Part shown: positions 39,680 through 50,600 of the stretch, one piece after another
How positions within the stretch are numbered: the stretch's first letter is position 1
How the letters are laid out: every line of letters begins with the position of its first letter
Virus record (IMG/VR): IMGVR_UViG_3300029984_000001
Location: 186,001 to 250,000 of that record
Strand: one strand, 5' to 3'
DNA: 64,000 nt
The notes under the pieces: generated by a model
Databases searched by the model: none
Told to the model about the DNA's origin: nothing
The model's input: the letters and a program-made list of their open reading frames with translations, nothing else
Translations under genes and position numbers: made by a program

Positions 39680-41395
39680 CTATATACTTCCTAGTTGAGC
39701 CACCTGATGTTGCGTAAAAAGGAGATCTTCTGCCGACATTTGATGTTCTGGTTCTATATAATTACATTTAGGACATTTACTTTCAGGTATTTTATATGTA
39801 ATACCTTGTTCTTCTTCACTTGCTTCTTTATATATGTAAGATAATAAAGTTTGAAATTGTGCAGTATTTAATTCTTTAGTTATAATCAAACCGTATTTTC
39901 TTATCTTGTTTTTAAGAACTTTTCTTGCTTTTTCCCTATCATCTTTTTCAACGTCAATTGTCAAATCTATAGGTCTGAATTGTTCATTTTGTCTATCTAT
40001 AAGATATATAGTATCTACATAAGTTAATATATTTATTATACTACTATATTTCTTTCTAAATTCAGGTTCTAGTAAATAAGGCTCAATATTATTTTTCCAA
40101 ATAGAAGGTTTCTTTAATTTAAATAAATAATCATCTGATATTTGATAACCTTTACCCTCTATTTTGTATGGAGAATCATCTGGATTATTTAATATATCAT
40201 AATATTTAGCTTCTGCTTCTGGAGAATCAAATTTCATCATATTCTTAATAGGAATATATTTATTTAAATAAGGTGCTTTACAATGATCACATTGAGCTGC
40301 TAATATATTACTATCTTTAAATGAACTTATAAATCCACCCATATAAATATGATTCAAATCCACAGATAAAGTATTCTTTAACCATGTAAATACATCAACA
40401 GGTTTAGTTCCTCTTAAATGATCATATAATATTTTAAATTTCTTAATCAATTGTCCATACTCTCCACCAGTCTCTAATTCAGCTACTAGCTCATTTACTT
40501 CGAAACCTTCTAATTCTTCCATAGCAAATATTCTTTTTGAGTTCCATAAAACATGTTCCTCAATATCTTTATGTCTTGTAGAAGAAGCATTGTTAATATT
40601 AACAGGTTTTCCAAATCCAAATTTACTTATATCTATCGGATTCTTAATAGGTTTCAATGATGCTTTTATATCAGCTCTCATTGCTTCAAACATTTTATCT
40701 AATTCTTCTGTAGTAAATTTTAGATCTTTTTCTATTTGAGCTTCTTCATCTTCATCATCTATTTTAATATAATCAATATCTTTTGGAATTTCTTTTTCAT
40801 CGAAATCGTTTTTATCAAACATTTCAGAATTTATTTTAGAAGCATCTTCTAACGATAAATTGGCACCACTTTTCATAACTGTATTACTATTAGATTCAAT
40901 CATTTTTATAGGACTTACAAACTCTTTTTCATTAGGGTCTGGTATAACACCATGTTCATTATATATAACTAATTTTTCTTCTACTACATCATCTATAACT
41001 ATAGATGATTTTATTTCAACTGATTCTTTTTCTTGATGTATTATTAGTTTTTCTTCCATATCATCATCTCCATATTCCATTGATAATTCGGGTATATCTA
41101 AATCGTTATCATTATAAGTATTTTTTAATACACCACTTTCTTCCATTTGTCTTCTTTCTATTTCTTCTTGTTTCAATTTATTGAATACAATCTTTTCTTC
41201 TTTAAGTGCATTTATTCTATTATCTATCAAACTCATAATATTATTTTCAGATTCTATATTTTTCTCTTTTGCTTCTTTGGATTGCTCTTCCCTTTTGCTC
41301 CCCTCTACTATTTTTTTGATTTTTGTCATATCCACTTCTTCATATTTAGTATCTTTTTTTCTCATTTGATTAAGTGTACTTGGTTTTTCATTCAT
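39680..41395 (-). CDS. Baseplate hub assembly protein-like (T4 gp26/gp51-like) with acidic N-terminal extension
   Basis: CDHC and KCPKC pairs, C-terminal AEDLLF; follows the gp25-like gene. Confidence 0.45.
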   Translation of the reverse strand: MNEKPSTLNQMRKKDTKYEEVDMTKIKKIVEGSKREEQSKEAKEKNIESENNIMSLIDNRINALKEEKIVFNKLKQEEIERRQMEESGVLKNTYNDNDLDIPELSMEYGDDDMEEKLIIHQEKESVEIKSSIVIDDVVEEKLVIYNEHGVIPDPNEKEFVSPIKMIESNSNTVMKSGANLSLEDASKINSEMFDKNDFDEKEIPKDIDYIKIDDEDEEAQIEKDLKFTTEELDKMFEAMRADIKASLKPIKNPIDISKFGFGKPVNINNASSTRHKDIEEHVLWNSKRIFAMEELEGFEVNELVAELETGGEYGQLIKKFKILYDHLRGTKPVDVFTWLKNTLSVDLNHIYMGGFISSFKDSNILAAQCDHCKAPYLNKYIPIKNMMKFDSPEAEAKYYDILNNPDDSPYKIEGKGYQISDDYLFKLKKPSIWKNNIEPYLLEPEFRKKYSSIINILTYVDTIYLIDRQNEQFRPIDLTIDVEKDDREKARKVLKNKIRKYGLIITKELNTAQFQTLLSYIYKEASEEEQGITYKIPESKCPKCNYIEPEHQMSAEDLLFTQHQVAQLGSI

Positions 41396-41407
41396 TTATA
41401 TTACCTC

Positions 41408-41788
41408 CTATTTAATCATTTCATCTAATGATAATGTTTTGCTTGTATTATCTGATATTAAAGAATAGATAGTATTTTCTACTTGTATATCTATAAGTAT
41501 TATTTTTGATTTCTTTTCTTTCTGGGTTATATTTATACTTACATTTTGTAACATAGGTAAATATTGTGCTATTTGTTTTTCAGCATTTAATTGTAACGCA
41601 GGTATATCATCCATCCACATATTTCTGTAGTTTTTGTATAATCCTATACCCATATTAGGGTGAGTTTCTATATCTCCAGGGTTCATTAAAAATAATCTAA
41701 TTAATAATATAGCAATAGCATTTTCACCTTCAAATACTTTAGGGTTTTTGTAATCATCTAATGATAAGACATATTCTCTTATAGCCAC
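41408..41788 (-). CDS. Baseplate wedge protein, gp25/GPW-like
   Basis: LMNPGDIETHPNMGIGL...IAQYLP...VSINI pattern; AACT-N6-TA at 41816-41827. Confidence 0.6.
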   Translation of the reverse strand: MAIREYVLSLDDYKNPKVFEGENAIAILLIRLFLMNPGDIETHPNMGIGLYKNYRNMWMDDIPALQLNAEKQIAQYLPMLQNVSINITQKEKKSKIILIDIQVENTIYSLISDNTSKTLSLDEMIK

Positions 41789-41933
41789 ATATAATCACCT
41801 CTGATATATTAAATTTAATTATAAGTTTAACTTATAAAAAGATACATAATGTAAATATAAAGATTTATAATTATATATTATACTTATGAATACATAATAA
41901 AATATTTTAATTAAGAGGAGAGATTTAAAATGA

Positions 41934-42374
41934 TTGCATGATGAAATTCAAAAAGTGATAGCTAATTCATATTCAAATTATTTAGGAGGAAATTTATATT
42001 TATTTGGTTTATTTACAAAAATAGATAATCTATATGTAGAAATGTTTGAATTATTCTATGATACTAACATAACAAACCATATTGATAATTGTTTGGATAA
42101 TAATTTATCTCAAAAACAATCAATAGAATCTATGGTAGATGGTGTCATTAATAATGAATTATTTGAGAATAAACTGAAAGGCTTTAAATTAGATCATATT
42201 AAAATAAATAATATAATAAATGTGTATAATGATGTGCTTATTAATTTACCAGAAGAAAAGTGTTTAATAGAAAGGAAAGATATTAAATTATTAAACGACT
42301 ATTATTATGTCAAAACAGTCTATTCAAAATTGATAGAATCTTTGAATAAAATAAAAGGAGGAGAAAAACAATGA
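41934..42374 (+). CDS. Hypothetical early protein
   Basis: Early motif at 41871-41883. The RBS is better spaced for an out-of-frame ATG at 41930, so an indel is possible. Confidence 0.6.
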   Translation: MHDEIQKVIANSYSNYLGGNLYLFGLFTKIDNLYVEMFELFYDTNITNHIDNCLDNNLSQKQSIESMVDGVINNELFENKLKGFKLDHIKINNIINVYNDVLINLPEEKCLIERKDIKLLNDYYYVKTVYSKLIESLNKIKGGEKQ

Positions 42375-42715
42375 GTCAAACAATAGTCATTGTTAAAGGT
42401 GGAGAAAAAGTCAATGATCTTTATTGTGAAAATAGAAGAGAATTTGTAGATGAAATTTATTTTACTACATCTGTTACAGATATTATTTGGTATCAAATAA
42501 AAGGGGTCGTAATAAATATTGATACATATGATAATGATGAAGATTTAACTGATTCTTGTTTACAAATAATAGATCTAGATAAGAAAGATGAATTATTACA
42601 ATTGATAAAAGATTATGATAAATCTAAATTAACAGAAGCAGATTTATTTTGGTTATTGGAATTAGAAACAGTATTAAAATCTAATGACTATGATTATTTA
42701 CAAATAAGTATTTAG
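42371..42715 (+). CDS. Hypothetical protein
   Basis: 114 aa; RBS AAGGAGG; ATGA overlap. Confidence 0.65.
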   Translation: MSQTIVIVKGGEKVNDLYCENRREFVDEIYFTTSVTDIIWYQIKGVVINIDTYDNDEDLTDSCLQIIDLDKKDELLQLIKDYDKSKLTEADLFWLLELETVLKSNDYDYLQISI

Positions 42716-42727
42716 GAGAGGATTAAA

Positions 42728-44461
42728 ATGAAATTAAAAGATATGAAATTTGGTATTAAGGTAGATAATGATTGGATTGAATGTGTAATTGGAAATAGTA
42801 TTTATTATTCAAATAAATTAAGTATAAAATTTGATATTGAGGAAATTCTTGATATTCTTAATATTATAAGTAATTATTATAAATATACTAAAATAAGTTT
42901 TCATGTAGATGAAAACTGCCTTGGATATAAAATAACACATGATACTATTAGTTTATTGGCTGTAGAAATAAAGCCAGATGAAGAAATGATAAGTTGGATA
43001 ATTAAAAATAAATCTAATGAATCTTATAATATAGAGATTCTATATAGAGAGCCAACTGTAATGGGGTTTCCCAATTTTATAAAAGAAAAGAAGAATACAG
43101 ATAAGATTAAAGAGGAGACGATTAAAATGAAATTAAAAGAAATAATGTTTGGTATTAGATTTAGATCTATAAAGAGTGAATGTAACTGGCTTAAACGTTT
43201 TGATAAAGATGAAGTACTTCCATTGATGTTTGATATTCATATGACATTATACTCTTATAATGAAATAAAAGTATTTTTATCATTATATAATGAAGATGAT
43301 ATTGATATATGTTATGATGAAGATTGTGTTGGATACAAAATGACCCATAAAGATAGTAATTCAATAACACAATTAAGTACTAGAGAATTAAAAGATCTAT
43401 TTGATTTAGAATATGAAAATAATATACTTGAACCCATATACAATAATGAAGAGATGAAAAGTGATAATAAAATGAAATTAAAAGACATGAAATTCTGTAT
43501 TAAAAATATAAAAATAGATAAATGGGTTGGGAAGATAAAATATCACGAAACCATAGATCATGTAATAGAATCAATAACATATGTCGATGATTATGAACAT
43601 GAATATAATATTGATGAAATATTTGAAATATTTGATACTCAATCAGATATATCAGATTTTGAATTATATTGTGGTGAAAAATGTATTGGATATAGAATTA
43701 CCTACGATAATAGTACACATAAATTTACACCTAGCAATTTAGTAGAGTTAGTCAGAATAAGTAAAGAACAAATATTAAATTCAACCTATAAAGTTGAAAT
43801 TGAAGTATTATATAAATGTGATATTATTTATGAAAATAAAGAAATAGAAGGAGATAATATTATAGACGAAATTAAATATATTATTATGATAAAAACATGT
43901 TGCGATGATTGGGAATTTATTGGATATGAAGGGCAATATTCTTATTATCCAAGGAAAAAAGATATTATTAATGCTAGAAAATTTAATAAAGATGATATTG
44001 ATGTTCATCTAGGGAGAATATTATCATATTGTATGAATTTAGAACCTATAGAAATAAAAATACTAAAATATGAAAATAATGGTAATTTAATAGCAAAACA
44101 ATATAAAGAATTTAAAATTGATGAAGAAGAATTTGTATATAAGAATGATCCTATTATAAAACATATTGTAGATTATTATCAAATAGTGCATAAAATAAAA
44201 GATTATTCGAAAATAGGTATGTTCCTAGATAGTATATATAATATAGCAATTGATGATAAAAACTATTTTTCAACATTTATAATAGCTTTATTTGAAGGTT
44301 TTCATCCTAAAATAACTCAATATCAAACAGATAAAGATTGTGTTTATAGAAAAATAAAAAATATGGATTTTGATATAGATGATATAAATAAATTATTTGA
44401 ACAATCTCCATTAGAATTAAAATTACTAACAGAAATGTACAATTATCAAAATCAAGAATAA
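42728..44461 (+). CDS. Hypothetical protein made of three tandem paralogous units plus a C-terminal domain
   Basis: MKLKDMKFGIK, MKLKEIMFGIR and MKLKDMKFCIK each begin a unit. Confidence 0.7.
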   Translation: MKLKDMKFGIKVDNDWIECVIGNSIYYSNKLSIKFDIEEILDILNIISNYYKYTKISFHVDENCLGYKITHDTISLLAVEIKPDEEMISWIIKNKSNESYNIEILYREPTVMGFPNFIKEKKNTDKIKEETIKMKLKEIMFGIRFRSIKSECNWLKRFDKDEVLPLMFDIHMTLYSYNEIKVFLSLYNEDDIDICYDEDCVGYKMTHKDSNSITQLSTRELKDLFDLEYENNILEPIYNNEEMKSDNKMKLKDMKFCIKNIKIDKWVGKIKYHETIDHVIESITYVDDYEHEYNIDEIFEIFDTQSDISDFELYCGEKCIGYRITYDNSTHKFTPSNLVELVRISKEQILNSTYKVEIEVLYKCDIIYENKEIEGDNIIDEIKYIIMIKTCCDDWEFIGYEGQYSYYPRKKDIINARKFNKDDIDVHLGRILSYCMNLEPIEIKILKYENNGNLIAKQYKEFKIDEEEFVYKNDPIIKHIVDYYQIVHKIKDYSKIGMFLDSIYNIAIDDKNYFSTFIIALFEGFHPKITQYQTDKDCVYRKIKNMDFDIDDINKLFEQSPLELKLLTEMYNYQNQE

Positions 44462-44526
44462 TAAAATTAAAGAGGGTGTTTTGCATCCTCTTTCTTTTTT
44501 GAACTTTAGAATAAGAGGTGATTAAT

Positions 44527-47145
44527 ATGCCAAGATATAACGCTAATGAAATTGTAAATGAATCAAGTAAATCAAATGAAAAACATTTATATTTTCTATC
44601 TAAAGATAATATGGATAATAAAACATTATATCCTAGAGTACCTGAGAATTATTTCACTAAGAATGGTCATGAAGATAATGAAACTAAAAGAGTTTGTTTT
44701 GCTACTTCTATACATAAAGCATTGATGGCTATTTCTATGAGAATGAAAGATATGATATTATATGTACATGTCCCTAAAACTATGAATATAGAGACATATA
44801 AACCTACAACAAAACAAGTTCCTGATTGTAAGATAACTGGAGAAACATGGGTTACTCATCCTATAGGACTAAAATGTATAGGGAAAATAAAAGTAATAGA
44901 TGATTCTGGAAAAGATGGTCATAAATTTAAATACGGGGATAAAGAAGCTGAATTGTATGATTGGGACTGGGAATGGATTGAGAAGGATAAAGATATTATA
45001 AAGGAAAGATCTATAGTGAAAGAAAATCTATTAATTTCCGATAAAGATTTTTCAAATAATTTAGAGAAATGGGAGGATAGTAATTATCCAGTTTTATTAA
45101 TCACAGGTCTATCGGGCGGTGGAAAGTCTACATTAGCTAATCAATTAGCTAAAGAATATAAAGCTGATGTAGTAGAATTAGATCAATTAGAATATAATCA
45201 TAATAATTCAAAAAATAACTTTCTTAAAAAATTTATGGAAAGCGACTCAAAATATAATCAATATAATCATATAAGTGAATATTGGAAAGACAAGAATGAT
45301 AATACAGATAAAGATAAATTAATAAAAACAGTAAAAGAATATATTCATTTCTGTGTATCTTATGCTTTAAAGAACAATATTAAAACTATAATAGAAGGTA
45401 TACAAATATATCAATTAATGTATACTAAAGAGGATTTGATTTATATGACTGATAAACCTATAATAATTATGGGGTCATCTCCTCTAATATCAAAATTAAG
45501 ACAATTTAAAAGAATAATAAGTGGAGGTAACGGTGGACAAACATTAAAAACACTTATTCAAGATAATAATTATTTAAGTGATTTTAGAAATGACATAAAA
45601 TCTACAATAAAAGAAACAAAGGAGGATGATGAAATGGGTATTAGATTTAATTTAAATGAAAATAAAGAAATTATAGTAAGACCACAATATGAATTATGTT
45701 TATTAGAATCAGGAGTATCTTATCAAAAGAAATATAAATGTCCTTATTGTGAAACTAGATTAGATAGACAAAAACTTATAACTCATATTTTAGATGAGCA
45801 TGAAGATTTCATACCAGAAAATTATACTGCTACTAGAATTGTATTTAATATAATAAATAAAAAAGAAAAAGGTAGTTGTGTTATATGTGGTAAAGAAACT
45901 TTATGGGATGAGAATAAAGCTAAGTATGATAGATTCTGTTGTGAGAAATGTGTACAAGATTATAGAAAACAAAGAGATGAAGCTATGATACGAACAAAAG
46001 GTAAATTATATGTAACAGATGATCCAGAATTTCAAAAGAAGATGTTAGCTAATAGAGGAATATCTGGAGAATATATATGGTCAGATGGAATAAAGAGAAC
46101 TTATACTGGTAGTTATGAAAAGAAATTATTAGAGTTCTTGGATGAAGTAATGGGATTTAAATCATTGGATGTTATTACACCAGGTGATACAGTTTTATAC
46201 GAAGATAATGAAGGTAAAGAACGTGCTTGGATATTGGATGTAACGATTATTCCTTATAATTTACAAATAGATGCTAAAGATGGAGGGGATAATCCTAATA
46301 ATAGAGAGATGCCTGAATATAGGGCTAAACAAACATCAAAAGAGAAAGCCATATTTGAACAAGGTAAATATAATTATCTAAGACTTACTAATAATAACTT
46401 TGGGCAATTAATAAATACTCTGGCTCAAATTAAATTAAATCTATTAGATAATAAACAAGATAAAATATGGCACGTAAATGAATATATGGCTATGAGTGGA
46501 GTTAATCCTGTGGTTACTAAAACAGCAGATTCTAAACCAGTATCTTACATAGTTCCTTGTATGATTCAAAATTCATTTGTAGAGCCATTATATTCTAGAG
46601 ATCAATATTTAGAAAAATTATATAGAATTGTAGATGGTAAATTAATATTAACTAATAGATCTGAAGTTAAGAAACAATTCGATGTATCTACTAAACTATT
46701 AAAATCTAGTGTAGCTGATAAAGTAAAAATCGGTATAGATGAATTAATTACTAAAGAACAATATGTAGATCATAACATGATGTTTGAAATGTTAACAGGT
46801 CATCAATTATTAGATAAGAATCAATATTTCTTTGACGAGAATTTAGAGGTGGAATTGGAGGGTTTTTATAAATCTAAAATAAGAAGGGATATTATAGAAG
46901 CTACTTTTTCAAATCTTCTAAATCAATATAAAGTATCTATTTGTGAGAATGCTCATAATATTAAATATAAAAATTTGACAATATTAAGAGATAATAAAGG
47001 ATTCTATGCTTATAATGAAGAAACGAATAAAAGAACTGGAAGTTATGAATTAATAAACGAGATACCAGATGAAGTATTGGATTTATTGAATGATGATGAT
47101 TTCTTAGATACAGATGATGATTTTAACTTTGAAGAAATCAGTTAG
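44527..47145 (+). CDS. Multidomain virion-like protein (ART-like?, P-loop kinase, Zn fingers, PD-(D/E)xK-like nuclease)
   Basis: LYFLS...RVCFATS...E.W; ITGLSGGGKST; CPYC...H...H; CVIC...CC..C; SYEKKLL...D...IDAKDG; AACT-N6-TA at 44502-44513. Confidence 0.55.
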   Translation: MPRYNANEIVNESSKSNEKHLYFLSKDNMDNKTLYPRVPENYFTKNGHEDNETKRVCFATSIHKALMAISMRMKDMILYVHVPKTMNIETYKPTTKQVPDCKITGETWVTHPIGLKCIGKIKVIDDSGKDGHKFKYGDKEAELYDWDWEWIEKDKDIIKERSIVKENLLISDKDFSNNLEKWEDSNYPVLLITGLSGGGKSTLANQLAKEYKADVVELDQLEYNHNNSKNNFLKKFMESDSKYNQYNHISEYWKDKNDNTDKDKLIKTVKEYIHFCVSYALKNNIKTIIEGIQIYQLMYTKEDLIYMTDKPIIIMGSSPLISKLRQFKRIISGGNGGQTLKTLIQDNNYLSDFRNDIKSTIKETKEDDEMGIRFNLNENKEIIVRPQYELCLLESGVSYQKKYKCPYCETRLDRQKLITHILDEHEDFIPENYTATRIVFNIINKKEKGSCVICGKETLWDENKAKYDRFCCEKCVQDYRKQRDEAMIRTKGKLYVTDDPEFQKKMLANRGISGEYIWSDGIKRTYTGSYEKKLLEFLDEVMGFKSLDVITPGDTVLYEDNEGKERAWILDVTIIPYNLQIDAKDGGDNPNNREMPEYRAKQTSKEKAIFEQGKYNYLRLTNNNFGQLINTLAQIKLNLLDNKQDKIWHVNEYMAMSGVNPVVTKTADSKPVSYIVPCMIQNSFVEPLYSRDQYLEKLYRIVDGKLILTNRSEVKKQFDVSTKLLKSSVADKVKIGIDELITKEQYVDHNMMFEMLTGHQLLDKNQYFFDENLEVELEGFYKSKIRRDIIEATFSNLLNQYKVSICENAHNIKYKNLTILRDNKGFYAYNEETNKRTGSYELINEIPDEVLDLLNDDDFLDTDDDFNFEEIS

Positions 47146-47211
47146 AATATATTTGTAAATAATTGGATTTATAACCATATATTATATACTTGAGAGAGAA
47201 GGGGATATAAT

Positions 47212-47379
47212 ATGGATATTTATATTGGTCAAAGGGTTATAAATCCAGTATACAAACCATCAGATATTATACATAATAGAAAACGAATTTTAACAAAACA
47301 TAAAAAGAAAGAGGAAGAGATACAAACAAATTTTCAAAGTATTTTAGATGAATATAAAAAACGGGGGAGTGTAAAATGA
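47212..47379 (+). CDS. Small basic protein (55 aa, not in ORF track)
   Basis: Early motif at 47175-47187; RBS AAGGGG; overlaps the next ATG. Confidence 0.55.
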   Translation: MDIYIGQRVINPVYKPSDIIHNRKRILTKHKKKEEEIQTNFQSILDEYKKRGSVK

Positions 47380-48602
47380 AAGAAAAGAAAGATAAGTATT
47401 TCGATTTAAAGATTCATTTAAACAATTTTAAAGGAAATAGTGGAATAGATATCGTAAATAAGATTCAACAAATTTTAAAAGATAATGGTATAAATCCAAA
47501 TTCTATATTAATACAAGATACAGAAAATTATAAACATCAAAAGTTAACATTATCAAATATGTGTAAATTCTTTGGTTTATCTAAATCGGAAATTTTAGAA
47601 TCTAGAAAAATAAATTGGTTTAAGATATCTGAACATGCTCAATTATCTGAAGGATTTATTAGATTTGCAGATGATAAATTAGATTGGGATTGGATTTGTT
47701 ATAGGGTTAATAAAGATGAATTAAAAGTAGGGAAAGAATTTAAAGACATATATCAATATAATTTTGAAGAATATGAATATTCTTATGACGACGAAATTCC
47801 AGATAGTGGTGAGACTAGATTAAGTGGTGATATAAATAAAATGAATAAGAAAAAAGATGATTGTAAACCTGATATATCTAATCATCACAATAGAGGAATG
47901 AGATCACCTTATGATAGTGGTCTTCCTTTTATACCACCCGATAAACCATATTTTAAAGATGTACCAGAATTTAAATTGCCACCATTAACATTCTTTGAAA
48001 ATAAACCAGAATTTCAAGGTTCTTATATAGGAGATCCAATGGGAATACCATCCTTTATTCATCCTATGGATGGTAATGTACCTTTGGATATAGAAAATAT
48101 GTCGGAAGATGAATTAAATGATCTTAAAGAAGATCTAGCAAAACAATATGGAATTCCTCCAGAAGCAGTTGTAATAAATTATATTGATCCTAATACAGGA
48201 ATAAATCATGAGAATATAACTAATAATCCCTATTACAATAATCCAGAACTAGCTAAAGAAGAAAATAAAAAACAATTAATGAAAACTTATATAACCATGG
48301 ATAATTATAAAAAAGAATTATTAGATATGAATCATTATGATTCTAATATGTGGTCAATGATATCTAGAAAACTTTGGTTATCTCCAGAATTTGTAGATCA
48401 TTTTAAAGATAAAATATACTTTGCAGGATTAGTAAATGAAAATCCTCATTTTGTAGAGCTAATGAAGTGTGACTGGTTCTTCGATAAATATATAGATACT
48501 TTTAAAGAATTAAAAGTTGTACAAAATGTTATGACAAGACATTTAAAACCTGAATTTACTGTAATAGAAGGTGGATTAAAGTTACCAAAAAGTGAAATGT
48601 AA
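47376..48602 (+). CDS. Hypothetical protein with W-x-x-I-S...LS-x-x-F repeats and Pro-rich centre
   Basis: INWFKISEHAQLSEGFI and WSMISRKLWLSPEFV repeats. Confidence 0.7.
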   Translation: MKEKKDKYFDLKIHLNNFKGNSGIDIVNKIQQILKDNGINPNSILIQDTENYKHQKLTLSNMCKFFGLSKSEILESRKINWFKISEHAQLSEGFIRFADDKLDWDWICYRVNKDELKVGKEFKDIYQYNFEEYEYSYDDEIPDSGETRLSGDINKMNKKKDDCKPDISNHHNRGMRSPYDSGLPFIPPDKPYFKDVPEFKLPPLTFFENKPEFQGSYIGDPMGIPSFIHPMDGNVPLDIENMSEDELNDLKEDLAKQYGIPPEAVVINYIDPNTGINHENITNNPYYNNPELAKEENKKQLMKTYITMDNYKKELLDMNHYDSNMWSMISRKLWLSPEFVDHFKDKIYFAGLVNENPHFVELMKCDWFFDKYIDTFKELKVVQNVMTRHLKPEFTVIEGGLKLPKSEM

Positions 48603-48616
48603 AGGGGGTGTCGTAA

Positions 48617-48853
48617 ATGAAGAAGATTGTAAAAAGTAAAGATGATGTTATAGAAGGATTGGGTTATATAATTAAAAGATACAATCAATTAAAAATCAAA
48701 ATTAATAAAAGTTCTGCTTACACAAAAGAAGAGACAGAAGAAAGACTTAAATTGTTACATGAAAGAGATATCTTAAGTAATATATTATATGAACATTTTG
48801 ATTTACAAGATCATGAATTAGATGATGAAGATAATGAAATAATTATAGAATGA
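48617..48853 (+). CDS. Hypothetical protein
   Basis: 78 aa; RBS AAGGGGGTG. Confidence 0.6.
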   Translation: MKKIVKSKDDVIEGLGYIIKRYNQLKIKINKSSAYTKEETEERLKLLHERDILSNILYEHFDLQDHELDDEDNEIIIE

Positions 48854-48930
48854 TTATTATAAATAAAAGGGATTTAGTTCCCTTTTATTTTTTATCGAAA
48901 AACATTAGACTAATAAAAGGAGGGGTTTAG

Positions 48931-50496
48931 ATGATGATACCTGAAATATTAACATTAGAAATTTTAGAAGAAGCTATAAATAATCCATCAGAAGATAATA
49001 TAAGTGATAATGGAACTATTGATGTATTCTCTACAATAGAAGATCTACCGTATTATGATGCAAGTGCTCTTATAGATATGGGAGTGTACAATATTACAAG
49101 TTCTAGTAATTATTTTGATTGTCCACCAGATAATTATATTATAGGAGAAGATATAAGGACAAGCCAATGGTTCGAACAATATAAAATGTTATGCAATGGA
49201 ATTATAACTCAAGAGTATTTAGATTTGTCTATAGATAGATTAAGAAAATTACAAGAGTTGTATTTAGATTATGACAGTATAATCAAAGAGGGTTCTATAT
49301 CTCGAATTAATGCTAGAAAACAATCAATATTAGAATTAGGACATAATCCTGAAATATCATTTAATTTGAAGATTAGAACTAGAATCAATGAAATGAGAAG
49401 AGTAGAGTTATCTTCTAAATTAGAATCATTTGAAGAAGTAATTGCTGAAGATATAAATTGTAGAGATTATTTAACAGAATCAGTACATAAAATAAAAGAT
49501 AGTGTTGTATATGTTGTCTTAACATATACTGGAACTACATTTGGTAAGATAATATCTAAAGTTACAAACTGTAAGTACTCTCACGCTGGTATATCTTTTA
49601 ACAGTGATTTATCAGAGGTTTATTCATTTAATGGTTCAACTAATGGGTTTAGTCATGAATCTATCAAAAAATATATGAGTGAGAGTAAAGAAGCTAGAAT
49701 AGTTGTTTATGGGATTGTATTACCTAAATTTAAATTAGACACAATGAAGACCACTGTTGAGACTATTAAAAAAAGTGATTATAGTTATAGTTTCTTAACT
49801 GGTTTAACTGCTGTATTAAATAAACCAATGAAACGAAATAATGCTATGATTTGTTCTCAATTTGTAGATTCAATACTTAAGTCTGGTAAAATAAATATAT
49901 TAAAAAGAGATAGTTCTGTAGTTTTACCATCACATTTCTATGGTACTAAGAGTAAAAGAATGATTAAATTATTTGAAGGTCCAATGATTGATTATAATAG
50001 TATAAAGGCTGCTTCTTTAATAGGTAATTATATAGAAAAAAATCCTGTAGAAGAATCTGTAGTATTAGAAGTAAAAGAGTTTCCTGCTGGATTTGATGAA
50101 GATGGTAATCTGTTAATAAAGAATATGAAGAAACTAGATTATAATTTAGAATATTCCAAATCCCATAAACTATTAAAGAGTTATGAAAAATCTGAGAACT
50201 ATTATCCTATGGCATATGAATTAAGCAAGTTGTGGTTTATGAATAGTTTATTAGAGGAGAAGATTTATAATGGTAAGATTAAACCAGAAGAAAAGAAAGA
50301 TTTATTCACTATACGATCTAAAATACTTAATGATTTTAATAGATATTTACCTATATTATGTGAGCATGAGAAAGGGTTTAATTTTACTCATTATTATAAT
50401 GATACTCCTTTCTCGGATTCGGTATATAAAATAAATCATAGCACTATAAAATATAGTATAGATTTGTTAAAGAATATAAAACTATTAATGTTGTAA
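48931..50496 (+). CDS. Virion-like protein with permuted papain-like (YaeF/YiiX, NlpC/P60) amidase domain
   Basis: KYSHAGISF ... YSYSFL ... MICSQFV (His before Cys); AACA-N6-TA at 48901-48912. Confidence 0.7.
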   Translation: MMIPEILTLEILEEAINNPSEDNISDNGTIDVFSTIEDLPYYDASALIDMGVYNITSSSNYFDCPPDNYIIGEDIRTSQWFEQYKMLCNGIITQEYLDLSIDRLRKLQELYLDYDSIIKEGSISRINARKQSILELGHNPEISFNLKIRTRINEMRRVELSSKLESFEEVIAEDINCRDYLTESVHKIKDSVVYVVLTYTGTTFGKIISKVTNCKYSHAGISFNSDLSEVYSFNGSTNGFSHESIKKYMSESKEARIVVYGIVLPKFKLDTMKTTVETIKKSDYSYSFLTGLTAVLNKPMKRNNAMICSQFVDSILKSGKINILKRDSSVVLPSHFYGTKSKRMIKLFEGPMIDYNSIKAASLIGNYIEKNPVEESVVLEVKEFPAGFDEDGNLLIKNMKKLDYNLEYSKSHKLLKSYEKSENYYPMAYELSKLWFMNSLLEEKIYNGKIKPEEKKDLFTIRSKILNDFNRYLPILCEHEKGFNFTHYYNDTPFSDSVYKINHSTIKYSIDLLKNIKLLML

Positions 50497-50600
50497 AAGT
50501 TCAATTATTTGATTATATATTATAAGTATGAATAACATATTGAAGTTGATTAATTTCAACTTCATATTTTATATTAAATTACATAGAGGAGAGAAATAAA

